The notes beneath the pieces were generated by a model that saw nothing but the letters and a program-made list of their open reading frames with translations, did no database searches and was not told where the DNA came from. From contig JAQUSJ010000001.1 of NCBI GenBank assembly GCA_028715175.1, positions 276,550 to 340,549 of the forward strand: a stretch of 64,000 nt of DNA, read 5' to 3'. A program made the translations under genes and the position numbers. Source of the DNA: Candidatus Daviesbacteria bacterium. GTDB taxonomy: Bacteria > Patescibacteriota > Microgenomatia > Daviesbacterales > UBA10151. Shown here piece after piece: positions 55,389 through 64,000 of the stretch (positions are counted from its first letter, which is position 1; every line of letters starts with the position of its first letter).

Positions 55389-56971
55389 GAGACTTTTATT
55401 AATTGAGTTTCTTGGTATCTTACTGCTACAGTATGGTTTCCTTGAGGCGCTATAAAACTAATCCTTCCTTCTTTATCAGTGCTAAATTTTATTACTTTAT
55501 TATCTAAATAAAGAGTTTGACCAGGAAAGTAGAATTGACCGGTTGATGCGGTCCCTTCTTTAATAACATTGATGTTGAATAATAATTGATTGGTTGATTT
55601 CTTGACACCGGAAGCAGACAAATTTTCTCCGACTATTTCATTCCAGGGTTTATTTAATAATTTGGCTTCAGCCTGTATTGGTAAGTACTCATTAAAAGCA
55701 TTGGTTGTTGCCTCGGTTTCTATATTCAGGTAGCTAGAAATGGGAAAATTAGTGTACTGATTGACGTTCAGATGATTTCTATTAGTATATATTGCTATGA
55801 AGATAAAAGCGAAGAAAACAAGATTTCTCCACCGTTTTCCAATATTTTGTAAAACAATTCCCGTACTAATGGATGCAATAAATGTTGCTGGAAGGAGTAA
55901 CCTAAACGGAAAATCTACAATTACAAATTTAGTTATTATGCTCCAAATAGATTTTGACCAGTCCAGCATTAAAAAGATGCTGATGGTAAAAGCAATAACT
56001 AAACTTGTACTTAAACTTTGGTAGTTTTTAGAGATTTTTTTGAAGAAAATCAATAAAACTAGAAAAATCATAGAAATCCATTGGGCTAATCCCAGCTGGA
56101 AAGAATTCTCTCCATTTTTGGCATTATTTACTATCGGGCCATAACCCCATTTTGAATAGATCAACTGATTAAAATTAATGAAGTTCCTTTTGTAGAGTTC
56201 GGAAAAACCGGTTTCTTGGTGTACTTTGGTGAATTGGTTATAGTAAAGGGCCGGTATCAAATAAAAAGAAGAGACTAAAATTCCAAGCACTAAACCAAGA
56301 CTTATATTTTTCAAGAAATTAATCCTTCTTTGGACATTGGTAAGTTCCCACAAAAGAAAAATTAGAATGAGGGGAGACAAAAATATAAGATGCATTATAT
56401 GTGAAAGAATTATCCCTGAAAGGCCAATGGCTAATATAGGTATACCGAATTTTGATTCCTCTTTTATCAAATGTATGCCCAAAAACGAAAGAGGTAGAAA
56501 AGCAAAGACAAAAGCAATCCCCATCGATCCGCCAACAAATATAATAAAAAAATGATAAGGTAACCACAGATATAGTATTCCCGAAATAAGCCCTGAGAAC
56601 CTGTTCCTTAGTAGATTTTTTACAAAGAAATACATTGTGATACCGGAAGCTATGTAAGATAAAAAGAATAAAATTTTTATTGTGTTGGGGATATCAAATC
56701 CTAACTTGAGTAATAAAACACCAATAATCCAAGGAAGATGGTAGGAAAAGAAAAACAACGGATATCCAAAATTATTTGCAAGCTGTGAAATCCAATAAGG
56801 GGGGAATTGCCCGTCATTTACTCCTTGGGAATAGTAGTACAGTCTGACTACTTGATGCCAAATATCATGGGCTGTAAAAAGACCGGGATGAATAAGGGCT
56901 TTAGCGCCTAAAATGGCAAGTATTATTAGGAGGATTAAATATAGCCAATGTTCTGACAGCAGTTTTCTCAT
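55325..56971 (-). CDS. GT-C membrane protein, PTPS-related/YfhO-like subfamily
   Basis: FTAHD, GQFPPYW...FGYPLFFF, DFPFRLL, EYLP, YFPG; ATG 56971 preferred over 57007. Confidence 0.75.
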   Translation of the reverse strand: MRKLLSEHWLYLILLIILAILGAKALIHPGLFTAHDIWHQVVRLYYYSQGVNDGQFPPYWISQLANNFGYPLFFFSYHLPWIIGVLLLKLGFDIPNTIKILFFLSYIASGITMYFFVKNLLRNRFSGLISGILYLWLPYHFFIIFVGGSMGIAFVFAFLPLSFLGIHLIKEESKFGIPILAIGLSGIILSHIMHLIFLSPLILIFLLWELTNVQRRINFLKNISLGLVLGILVSSFYLIPALYYNQFTKVHQETGFSELYKRNFINFNQLIYSKWGYGPIVNNAKNGENSFQLGLAQWISMIFLVLLIFFKKISKNYQSLSTSLVIAFTISIFLMLDWSKSIWSIITKFVIVDFPFRLLLPATFIASISTGIVLQNIGKRWRNLVFFAFIFIAIYTNRNHLNVNQYTNFPISSYLNIETEATTNAFNEYLPIQAEAKLLNKPWNEIVGENLSASGVKKSTNQLLFNINVIKEGTASTGQFYFPGQTLYLDNKVIKFSTDKEGRISFIAPQGNHTVAVRYQETQLIKVSQLLSIVGFILTIALFIKPNL

Positions 56972-57036
56972 TTGTGACTTACATATGATAATAGCTTTTA
57001 TGGGCATAAATTGCTAACATTAATTTGGTAGTATCA

Positions 57037-58689
57037 ATGAGATATAAAATATATACAGCACTCTTTCTAATTGTAACTTTATCATTTTTTTTACGATTCT
57101 GTAAGGTTACGGAAGATCCTCCAGCTTTGAATTGGGATGAAGTTTCTATAGGATATAATGCTTATTCTATTTTGAAAACAGGAAAGGATGAGTGGAACCA
57201 GCCGTTCCCAATACATTTTAAAGCCTACGGTGAATATAAACTACCGGTACAAATTTATGCGAGTATCCCGGGAATATATATTTTTGGACTTAATGAGTTG
57301 GGAGTAAGGATTACCCCGGTAGTGTATGGGACGTTAACCGTATTGTGTATGTTTTTTTTAGGCAGAGTGCTTTTTGAAAACGAATTGGCTGGTTTAGCTT
57401 CGGCATTTTTACTTGGGATCTCTCCTTGGCATATTCATTTAACAAGAGCATCTTTTGAATCGTCGTTGGCGACATTTTTTGTCACTGCCGGAATTTGGTT
57501 TTTAGTGAAAGGATTTAAAGATCAGAAATGGTTTATCATTTCTGTGATACCATTTGCTTTGTCAGTCTTTACTTACAATTCCGCCAGAATTTTTACCCCA
57601 CTATTTTTAATTGCCATACTATTTCTCTATAGAAAAAGCTTAATTAAATTTAGAAAAGTAGCGATTATTTCTGTGGTATTTTTTACTATTCTTTTGTTGC
57701 CGCTTATTCCGTATTTATTTAGCGGTGAGCGGAGCGCCCGCTACAAGTTGGTTAGTATTACAGATGATCCGGGACTTATTCCGCGGATTAATGAAAATCG
57801 GGGCAATTCGAAATTACCCCAACCCTTGCCGAGATTTGTTCATAATAAAGTTACATATATTGCATTTTATTTCACCAGGAATTATCTTTCTCACTTCACT
57901 CCGCAATTCTTATTTATATCCGGCGCTCCCCATAAACAACACCATGTTCAGAATATGGGAGAACTTTACTATTTCCAAGCCCCGTTTCTCTTTTTGGGCC
58001 TTTATGCTCTTTTCCGTTTAAAAAATCCCTTTAAGGGATTTCTATTCGCTTGGATACTACTGGCATTTATTCCTGTGGCAACAACAGGAGATAGTATTCC
58101 GCATGCTTTGAGGACATTAATTGCAGCCCCTTTTTATCAGCTAGTTTCCGGGTTAGGTTTTGTTTTTAGTTTAAGATGGTTTAAAAAGTTTTCTAAAGTT
58201 TGGAAAATTATCTCCATTGCAGTATTCGTAACAGTAATAATAACTGGTTTGGGTTATTACCTGTATCAATATTACAAGGTTTATCCTGTTGCGTATTCCA
58301 GAGATTGGCAGTATGGATATGAACAGGTAGTAGATTATATTGGCAAGCATAAGGATGAATACGATGAAATTATTTTTACCAGGCATTATGGGGAACCGCA
58401 TATGTTTACCCTGTTTTATCTTAAGTTTGATCCGGTAAAATACCAAAATGATCCAAATTTAGTTAGATTTGAAACATATGATTGGGTAAGGGTTTTAAAG
58501 TTTAGTAATTTTTACTTTCCGGATTTAGGAGATAAAGGGACGCAGTTTACAGATATCGTAAAAGCAAATCCCGGGAAGAAACTGTTATTTATTGGCAGGG
58601 GAGAAGATTTTCCTAAAGAAATTCCCAGGCTTTTATCTGTTAAATTCTTAAATGGTGAAAATGATTTTGATATTGTGGAAGTAAGATGA
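57037..58689 (+). CDS. GT-C glycosyltransferase, DE...G(K/R)D subfamily
   Basis: PPALNWDEVSIGYNAYSILKTGKDEW, GEYKLP, PHALRT, DWQYG. Confidence 0.8.
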   Translation: MRYKIYTALFLIVTLSFFLRFCKVTEDPPALNWDEVSIGYNAYSILKTGKDEWNQPFPIHFKAYGEYKLPVQIYASIPGIYIFGLNELGVRITPVVYGTLTVLCMFFLGRVLFENELAGLASAFLLGISPWHIHLTRASFESSLATFFVTAGIWFLVKGFKDQKWFIISVIPFALSVFTYNSARIFTPLFLIAILFLYRKSLIKFRKVAIISVVFFTILLLPLIPYLFSGERSARYKLVSITDDPGLIPRINENRGNSKLPQPLPRFVHNKVTYIAFYFTRNYLSHFTPQFLFISGAPHKQHHVQNMGELYYFQAPFLFLGLYALFRLKNPFKGFLFAWILLAFIPVATTGDSIPHALRTLIAAPFYQLVSGLGFVFSLRWFKKFSKVWKIISIAVFVTVIITGLGYYLYQYYKVYPVAYSRDWQYGYEQVVDYIGKHKDEYDEIIFTRHYGEPHMFTLFYLKFDPVKYQNDPNLVRFETYDWVRVLKFSNFYFPDLGDKGTQFTDIVKANPGKKLLFIGRGEDFPKEIPRLLSVKFLNGENDFDIVEVR

Positions 58690-60212
58690 AATTTTCAAGC
58701 ATTAATTTATTCCTGGCTTTAATTGTGTTTCTCTTTCTATTTACCAGATTCTTTAAACTTTCTGAAATTCCTCCCTCTGTTTATTGGGATGAAGCTTCAA
58801 TTGGTTATAACGCTTATTCAATAGCCGAAACCGGTAAAGACGAATGGGGTGAATTTCTTCCCATTCATTTTAGAGCTTTTGGAGAATTTAAGTTACCTGT
58901 TTATATTTATGTTACCGCAGCAAGCGTTAAAGTTTTTGGATTAAATGAGTTTTCGGTAAGGTTGCCGGCAGTATTATTTTCTTTGGGGACAGTTTTTTTA
59001 ATCTTTTTTCTGGCAAGGAAATTGTCGGATAATGCAACAGTAGGTTTATTAAGTAGCTTTTTTATGACTGTTTCGCCCTGGTTTTTTATTTTCTCAAGAA
59101 CAGGCTATGAAGCGACGGCAGGGTTGATGTTTTATGTATTGGCAATATATTTATTTCTACAAAATAATAGAAACCTCTGGTACATCTTTTTTTCTATCTT
59201 GAGTTTTATCTTATGTGCGTATAGTTATAATAGTTTTAGGATAGTGGTTCCTCTTACAATTTTGATATTAGTTGCGCACAGTTTAAGGAACCCTATTGAT
59301 ACTTTTAAAAAAGGTATTTTACCCTTAGCGCTTTCCGTAATTTTCTTAGCTCTAAGCGCAGTCCCGATTTACAGATTGTATGTATATGATGCGGGTGTTT
59401 CCCGTCTTCAAGCAGTTAGCACAACAAGTTCAACTTTTATCCAAAATTATCTCTCACATTTTAATCCAAACTTTTTATTTTTGCGGGGAGATAAAAATTT
59501 AAGAAGTCAACAAACAGGTTTCGGGCAACTTTATTTTCCTGATTTGCTGCTTTTAACATTGGGAGTTTGGTATATAACTGTCAGTAAGTCAAAATACAAA
59601 ATTTTACTCTTTGCATTGTTGCTGTTAGGATTTATCCCGGCTGCCATTACAAAAGAGGCTCCGCACGCCTTGCGAACCATTTCTGTGGTTCCATTTCTTT
59701 CCATCATCTCTGCGCTTGGAGTAGTTCAATTTTGGCAATGGGTTAAAAATAGAAAACTTTTCAATTTGATAGTTGTAATAATTTTCCTTATCTTTTTTAG
59801 TAACTATTTCTTTAGTTTTTTAAATACCTATCCCGTGGAGTCGTCAAAAGACTGGCAATACGGTTATAAAAAGATATTTACAGATTATAAAAATAATTTT
59901 GATAAATATGATCAGGTGATAATTTCCGATGAATATGCTCAGCCGTATATTTTTGCTCTGTTTTATCTAAAAATTGATTCCAACAAATTTAGGCAGAGTG
60001 TAGTTAGAAATAACGTTGACCAATGGGGATTCTCTACTGTATCAAGTTTTGATAAATTTGAGTTTGGCAAGATAGATAAATTATTAAACAAAGACTCAAA
60101 AAATACTTTAATCTTTGCTTCCGCTAAAGAGCTGCTTCCTGATTTGAACCCCTCAGAGATTATTAATTTTCTGGATGGAGAAATTGCTTTCCGGATGTAT
60201 AAGTTAAAATAA
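58686..60212 (+). CDS. GT-C glycosyltransferase, DE...G(K/R)D subfamily
   Basis: PPSVYWDEASIGYNAYSIAETGKDEWG, GEFKLP, GDKNLRS, PHALRT, DWQYG. Confidence 0.8.
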   Translation: MKFSSINLFLALIVFLFLFTRFFKLSEIPPSVYWDEASIGYNAYSIAETGKDEWGEFLPIHFRAFGEFKLPVYIYVTAASVKVFGLNEFSVRLPAVLFSLGTVFLIFFLARKLSDNATVGLLSSFFMTVSPWFFIFSRTGYEATAGLMFYVLAIYLFLQNNRNLWYIFFSILSFILCAYSYNSFRIVVPLTILILVAHSLRNPIDTFKKGILPLALSVIFLALSAVPIYRLYVYDAGVSRLQAVSTTSSTFIQNYLSHFNPNFLFLRGDKNLRSQQTGFGQLYFPDLLLLTLGVWYITVSKSKYKILLFALLLLGFIPAAITKEAPHALRTISVVPFLSIISALGVVQFWQWVKNRKLFNLIVVIIFLIFFSNYFFSFLNTYPVESSKDWQYGYKKIFTDYKNNFDKYDQVIISDEYAQPYIFALFYLKIDSNKFRQSVVRNNVDQWGFSTVSSFDKFEFGKIDKLLNKDSKNTLIFASAKELLPDLNPSEIINFLDGEIAFRMYKLK

Positions 60213-60215
60213 AAA

Positions 60216-61847
60216 ATGAAGAAAGAAATTAAGATATTATTGTTTTTAATTATTTTATTGGCCACTTTTTTGAGAGTTTATAGGCTGGATCAAGTTCCAC
60301 CATCTTTAAACTGGGATGAAGTAGATGCAGGTTATAATGCATACACTATCGCTAATTGGGGTAGGGATGAATGGGGAAAATTTCTCCCTTTGGTTTTTAC
60401 TTCATTTAGAGACGATAAGCGCCCTATTCATATTTATCTAACAGCACCGGTAGTTAAGTTATTCGGGTTATCTGATTTTACAACCAGACTGCCTGGAGCG
60501 ACCGTAGGCGTTTTAAGCGTAATAGTAATTTTTTACCTTGCGCTAATTTTATTTAAAAGTGATCTTATTGCTTTGCTATCAGCATTATTTTTGGCAATTT
60601 CCCCTTATCATTTACAATTTTCAAGAGGCTTATGGGAGATAAACTTTGCTCTTTTTTTCTTTATGCTGGGGTTGTTACTGTTTTATCTGGCGCTGCAAAA
60701 AAAAGGTTGGTTTATTAGTCTGTCATTTTTTAGTTTCGGATTAAGTATTTTATCTTATCATTCATCAATAATTGTTGTACCTCCCGTAGTTTTCGTGCTT
60801 GTAGTACTTTATATTAAAAAATTACTTAAACTCTCTTTTAATTTCTATTTGGGTTTAAGCTTAATGATTATTCTTGCAATTTTTATAATTTATGACCCAA
60901 GGATTTTGGGGATGGCACGTGTGCAACAAACCCAATTTGGCAAAGATATAATTGAGAAAACTCAGATTTTCCAAAGGACTAAAAATCATATGCTTGGTTT
61001 AGGAGAGATTACTCTTAATCAATATTTTTCGCATTTTACCCCCCAATATCTTTTTATCTCCGGTGATCAAAATCCAAGAAATTCTGTTAAAACACAAGGA
61101 GAATTTTATAAAATTGATGCATTATTTATTTTTGTAGGATTGGTTTGTTTATTATTATTAAGATCAAAAATTTCTGCGGTTGTATTTACATGGTTGTTGC
61201 TTTCTCCTATACCATCCAGTCTGGTTAGTCATGCTCCTAATGCAACCAGGGCGTTATTCATGATGGGCAGTTTAAATCTTATTGCGGCATTTGGTGCAGG
61301 GAATATAATCAACCGGTTTAAAGGTAGCTCTAAAGTTGCTATTTTAGTAGCAATATTAATTTTACTTGGTATTCAATTTTATTCTTATTCTGATTATTAT
61401 TATAATTCTTATCCAAAAAAAGATGCCATTGAATGGCAGTACGGCATGAAACAATCAGCAGAGTTTGTAAAATCTCATCCGGAATACACTCAGGTGTATG
61501 TTACAGACATCCGTTCACAACCGTATATATTTTATCTTTTTTACTTAAAAACTCCTTTACCTGAATATTTAAATGCCGTAGTCTATAATAGATTAGAAGA
61601 AAGTAAAAGTTATAATACAGTTTCGTATTTTGAGAACTTTTATCTTACAGAAGAAGGTCAACGAAAAAGGATTAATTTTTACTTTGGAGGATGGGACAGC
61701 GTGGAAAGCGTCCCGGATAGAAATGTGTTATATGTGCTGAGTCCCAGCCAATATGATGGATTAAGACGTCGTTCATCGTTTGATGTTAAGAAGATAATTT
61801 ACTATCCTGATGGAGGAGTCGCATTTTATCTGGTAAGTGGTATATGA
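60216..61847 (+). CDS. GT-C glycosyltransferase, DE...G(K/R)D subfamily
   Basis: PPSLNWDEVDAGYNAYTIANWGRDEWG, GDQNPRN, PNATR, EWQYG. Confidence 0.8.
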   Translation: MKKEIKILLFLIILLATFLRVYRLDQVPPSLNWDEVDAGYNAYTIANWGRDEWGKFLPLVFTSFRDDKRPIHIYLTAPVVKLFGLSDFTTRLPGATVGVLSVIVIFYLALILFKSDLIALLSALFLAISPYHLQFSRGLWEINFALFFFMLGLLLFYLALQKKGWFISLSFFSFGLSILSYHSSIIVVPPVVFVLVVLYIKKLLKLSFNFYLGLSLMIILAIFIIYDPRILGMARVQQTQFGKDIIEKTQIFQRTKNHMLGLGEITLNQYFSHFTPQYLFISGDQNPRNSVKTQGEFYKIDALFIFVGLVCLLLLRSKISAVVFTWLLLSPIPSSLVSHAPNATRALFMMGSLNLIAAFGAGNIINRFKGSSKVAILVAILILLGIQFYSYSDYYYNSYPKKDAIEWQYGMKQSAEFVKSHPEYTQVYVTDIRSQPYIFYLFYLKTPLPEYLNAVVYNRLEESKSYNTVSYFENFYLTEEGQRKRINFYFGGWDSVESVPDRNVLYVLSPSQYDGLRRRSSFDVKKIIYYPDGGVAFYLVSGI

Positions 61848-62614
61848 CAAAAGTTTCAGTAGTCCTAGCTGTTTTTAACGAAGAAAGCAATTTGAAAACT
61901 TGCCTAAACTCTGTAAAGGATTTAGCTTGGGAGATAGTTGTTGTTGATGGTGGATCTAAAGATAAAACTTTAGATATTGCCAAAGAATTTGATGCAAAAA
62001 TTATTCGTACAAACAATCCCCCCATTTTTCACATAAATAAAAATAAAGCAATCGATGCATCTTCTGGAGACTGGATTTTACAGCTTGATGCTGATGAAAT
62101 AGTGACTAAAGGGCTGGTGGAAGAAATTATAAAAGTAACAGCCCTAAAATCCAACGTTAATGGATATTGGATTCCCAGAAAGAATTTTTTCTTGGGTAGA
62201 TTTTTAACCAAAGGAGGTCAGTATCCTGATTATACCTTGAGGCTTTACAGGCGGGGATTTGGCAGGCTTCCGGCAATCGATGTACACGAACAGGCGGTTG
62301 TGGAAGGTAAAGTAGGTTTTTTAAAAAACGACCTTTTACACCTAAGAGACAAAAGCTTTTCGATATATCTTGAGAGGTTTAACAGATATACGGATTTATT
62401 CTCATCTCAACTGAAAGAAGCCGGTATCAAAAAAGGCATTTTTACTTTTATAGATTTTCTGTTGTTTAAACCTTTATTTTGGTTTATTAAAACTTACTTT
62501 AGACATAGGGGTTATGTGGATGGTTTTCCCGGCTTTGTTTTTGCGTTATTTTCTTCGCTGCGGTTTCCTGTAGCTTTTTTAAAATTTTGGATTCACTATG
62601 AAAATCGCGATTAA
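61844..62614 (+). CDS. GT2, beta-1,4-glucosyltransferase-like
   Basis: VFNEE, VDGGSKDKT, LDADE, YPDYTLRLY, VHE, GYVDGFPG. Confidence 0.85.
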   Translation: MTKVSVVLAVFNEESNLKTCLNSVKDLAWEIVVVDGGSKDKTLDIAKEFDAKIIRTNNPPIFHINKNKAIDASSGDWILQLDADEIVTKGLVEEIIKVTALKSNVNGYWIPRKNFFLGRFLTKGGQYPDYTLRLYRRGFGRLPAIDVHEQAVVEGKVGFLKNDLLHLRDKSFSIYLERFNRYTDLFSSQLKEAGIKKGIFTFIDFLLFKPLFWFIKTYFRHRGYVDGFPGFVFALFSSLRFPVAFLKFWIHYENRD

Positions 62615-63674
62615 TTATTTACCGGTAAAAAATGCTCATAAAGTAAGAGGTATAGGATATTATACTAACCTTCTGCTTGAGTTTTTAAAACAAGACACTT
62701 CGATCCAGATCCAAGAATTTATTAACTTGTCAGAAGTTAAAGATGCGAATCTTGTCCATTATCCATGGTTTGATCTTTTTTTTCACACTCTGCCTATCAA
62801 AAGACGACTACCTACTGTTGTGACTATCCATGATGTGATGCCGCTTGTTTTTCCTGAACATTATCCGGTAGGCCTAAGAGGTAAAATTAATTTTATCCTG
62901 CAAGAGATAGCATTAAAAAGTTGCAACTATATTATTACGGATTCCAAGGTATCCAAAATAGATATTATGAAACATCTAAAGATTGAAGATGAAAAGATTA
63001 CAGTAATTCCTCTGGCCTCAGATCCGACATTTGAAATTTTAAGCAATGATACGAAACTACTGCATATAAAACGGCAATACCGCTTGCCTGATCAATTTTT
63101 ACTCTATGTGGGAGATGCCAACTGGGTTAAAAACTTACCCTTTTTGATAGAAGGCTTCCGGCAATTGATCAAATCCCCCGGTTTTAAAGACATCAAGTTA
63201 GTTTTGGTTGGTGGAGTATTCTTAAAAGATGTAGAAAATATTAATCATCCCGAACTTCAAAGTTTAAAATCCGTGAATCAATTAATCAAACAATATAAGC
63301 TTGAAGCAAATATCATTCGACCGGGACAACTTAAGGACGACGATTTGGTATCTTTCTACAATCTGGCAACGATGTATGTCCAGCCCTCTGTCTATGAAGG
63401 CTTCGGATTGCCTGTCTTGGAAGCTTTCGCTTGCGGCACTCCGGTTATTTCATCAAATAGAGGGAGTTTACCGGAGGTCGGCGGGCAAGCAGCAGTTTAT
63501 TTTGATCCTGACGATCTTAAACAATTTGTTTCTATCATGACGGAATTGCTAGAAAATAAATCTTTATTGGATAAGTTATCCAGGTTGGGATTGCAACAAG
63601 CTGCTAAATTTTCCTGGAAAAAAGTAGCAGAGCAAACAAAATCGGTTTATTTGAAAGCGCTGAAAAATGATTAA
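62598..63674 (+). CDS. GT4 glycosyltransferase (MtfB/WbaZ-like mannosyltransferase group)
   Basis: RGIGYY, VTIHDVMP, ITDS, LYVG, KNL, PSVYEGFGLPVLEAFACG. Confidence 0.9.
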   Translation: MKIAINYLPVKNAHKVRGIGYYTNLLLEFLKQDTSIQIQEFINLSEVKDANLVHYPWFDLFFHTLPIKRRLPTVVTIHDVMPLVFPEHYPVGLRGKINFILQEIALKSCNYIITDSKVSKIDIMKHLKIEDEKITVIPLASDPTFEILSNDTKLLHIKRQYRLPDQFLLYVGDANWVKNLPFLIEGFRQLIKSPGFKDIKLVLVGGVFLKDVENINHPELQSLKSVNQLIKQYKLEANIIRPGQLKDDDLVSFYNLATMYVQPSVYEGFGLPVLEAFACGTPVISSNRGSLPEVGGQAAVYFDPDDLKQFVSIMTELLENKSLLDKLSRLGLQQAAKFSWKKVAEQTKSVYLKALKND

Positions 63675-64000
63675 CCGATTAAACTTCAAATCATCAATTT
63701 TTAAGATTCTAATGTTGTTTTTAGCATGGCGATTTATTTTGGCGATTATTTCTTTTCTTGCTATAAATTTTCTCCCTTTGGGATATAAAGATCGTTTCCT
63801 TGGAGGCGGTCCTACAAATTATCAATTATCACCGGAATTTTTTTCCTGGGCAAATTTCGATGGCGAGCACTACCTGTCTATTGCTATATTTGGCTACAAG
63901 CATTTAGAACAGGCTTTTTTCCCAATTTATCCTTTTTTAATATCAATTTTCGCACGACCTGACCCCTACAATTTACTTGTATCTCTGATTAATTCCACGC
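63667..64000 (+). CDS. GT-C mannosyltransferase-like protein (PIG-V/Gpi18-like), 3' truncated by window edge
   Basis: Not in the ORF track; hand translation from ATG 63667 gives MINRLNFK...LAWRF...WANFDGEHYLSIAIFGYKHLEQAFFPIYP, open to the end. Confidence 0.75.
   Translation, partial: MINRLNFKSSIFKILMLFLAWRFILAIISFLAINFLPLGYKDRFLGGGPTNYQLSPEFFSWANFDGEHYLSIAIFGYKHLEQAFFPIYPFLISIFARPDPYNLLVSLINST

Noticed and set aside
655-63540. Numerous 60-190 aa ORFs antisense or out of frame within larger genes (e.g. 655..981, 1159..1533, 16177..16743, 59963..60265)
   Set aside because: They are shadows of well-supported CDSs with no recognisable motifs
1-64000. CRISPR array, tRNA, rRNA, transposase, integrase, prophage or reverse transcriptase
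   Set aside because: Intergenic gaps are all under about 165 bp, no repeat-spacer periodicity or cloverleaf was seen, and no ORF has the relevant motifs
1-64000. Alternative genetic code (UGA=Gly) as in Gracilibacteria/Absconditabacteria
   Set aside because: Conserved genes are full-length under code 11 and TGA terminates glnA, ftsE, rmlA and rmlC at expected positions

Overview
AT-rich bacterial chromosomal segment using the standard genetic code (TGA ends several genes). The gene content and style point to a Patescibacteria/CPR genome, probably Microgenomates (inference, no marker gene in the window). The first ~24 kb mixes housekeeping genes with membrane glycosyltransferases: 3' part of secA, nnrD, glnA, a CofE-like ligase, galE-like epimerase, tsaE, ftsE-ftsX plus a coiled-coil M23 peptidase, prfB, mini-tsaB, a CAP protein, rmlABCD and gmd. 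From ~24 kb to the end is a very large envelope-glycosylation locus. Over the whole window I count 21 apparently complete GT-C-fold (polyprenyl-phosphate-sugar dependent) transferases in at least four subfamilies (the last is cut by the window edge), 3 truncated GT-C derivatives each placed directly upstream of a full-length one, 4 polyprenyl-P-sugar synthase-like GT2 domains, 3 further GT2, 2 GT4 and a Wzx flippase. Most notable: (i) this GT-C expansion with apparent pseudo-enzyme partners, (ii) a circularly permuted M23 peptidase with intact zinc ligands behind ftsEX, (iii) recurrent leaderless promoters plus a frameshift-free prfB, (iv) palindromic REP-like and heptamer repeats, several inside coding sequences. 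No rRNA, tRNA, CRISPR array, transposase or phage gene was recognised. All family calls are from motif recognition by eye, not database searches.
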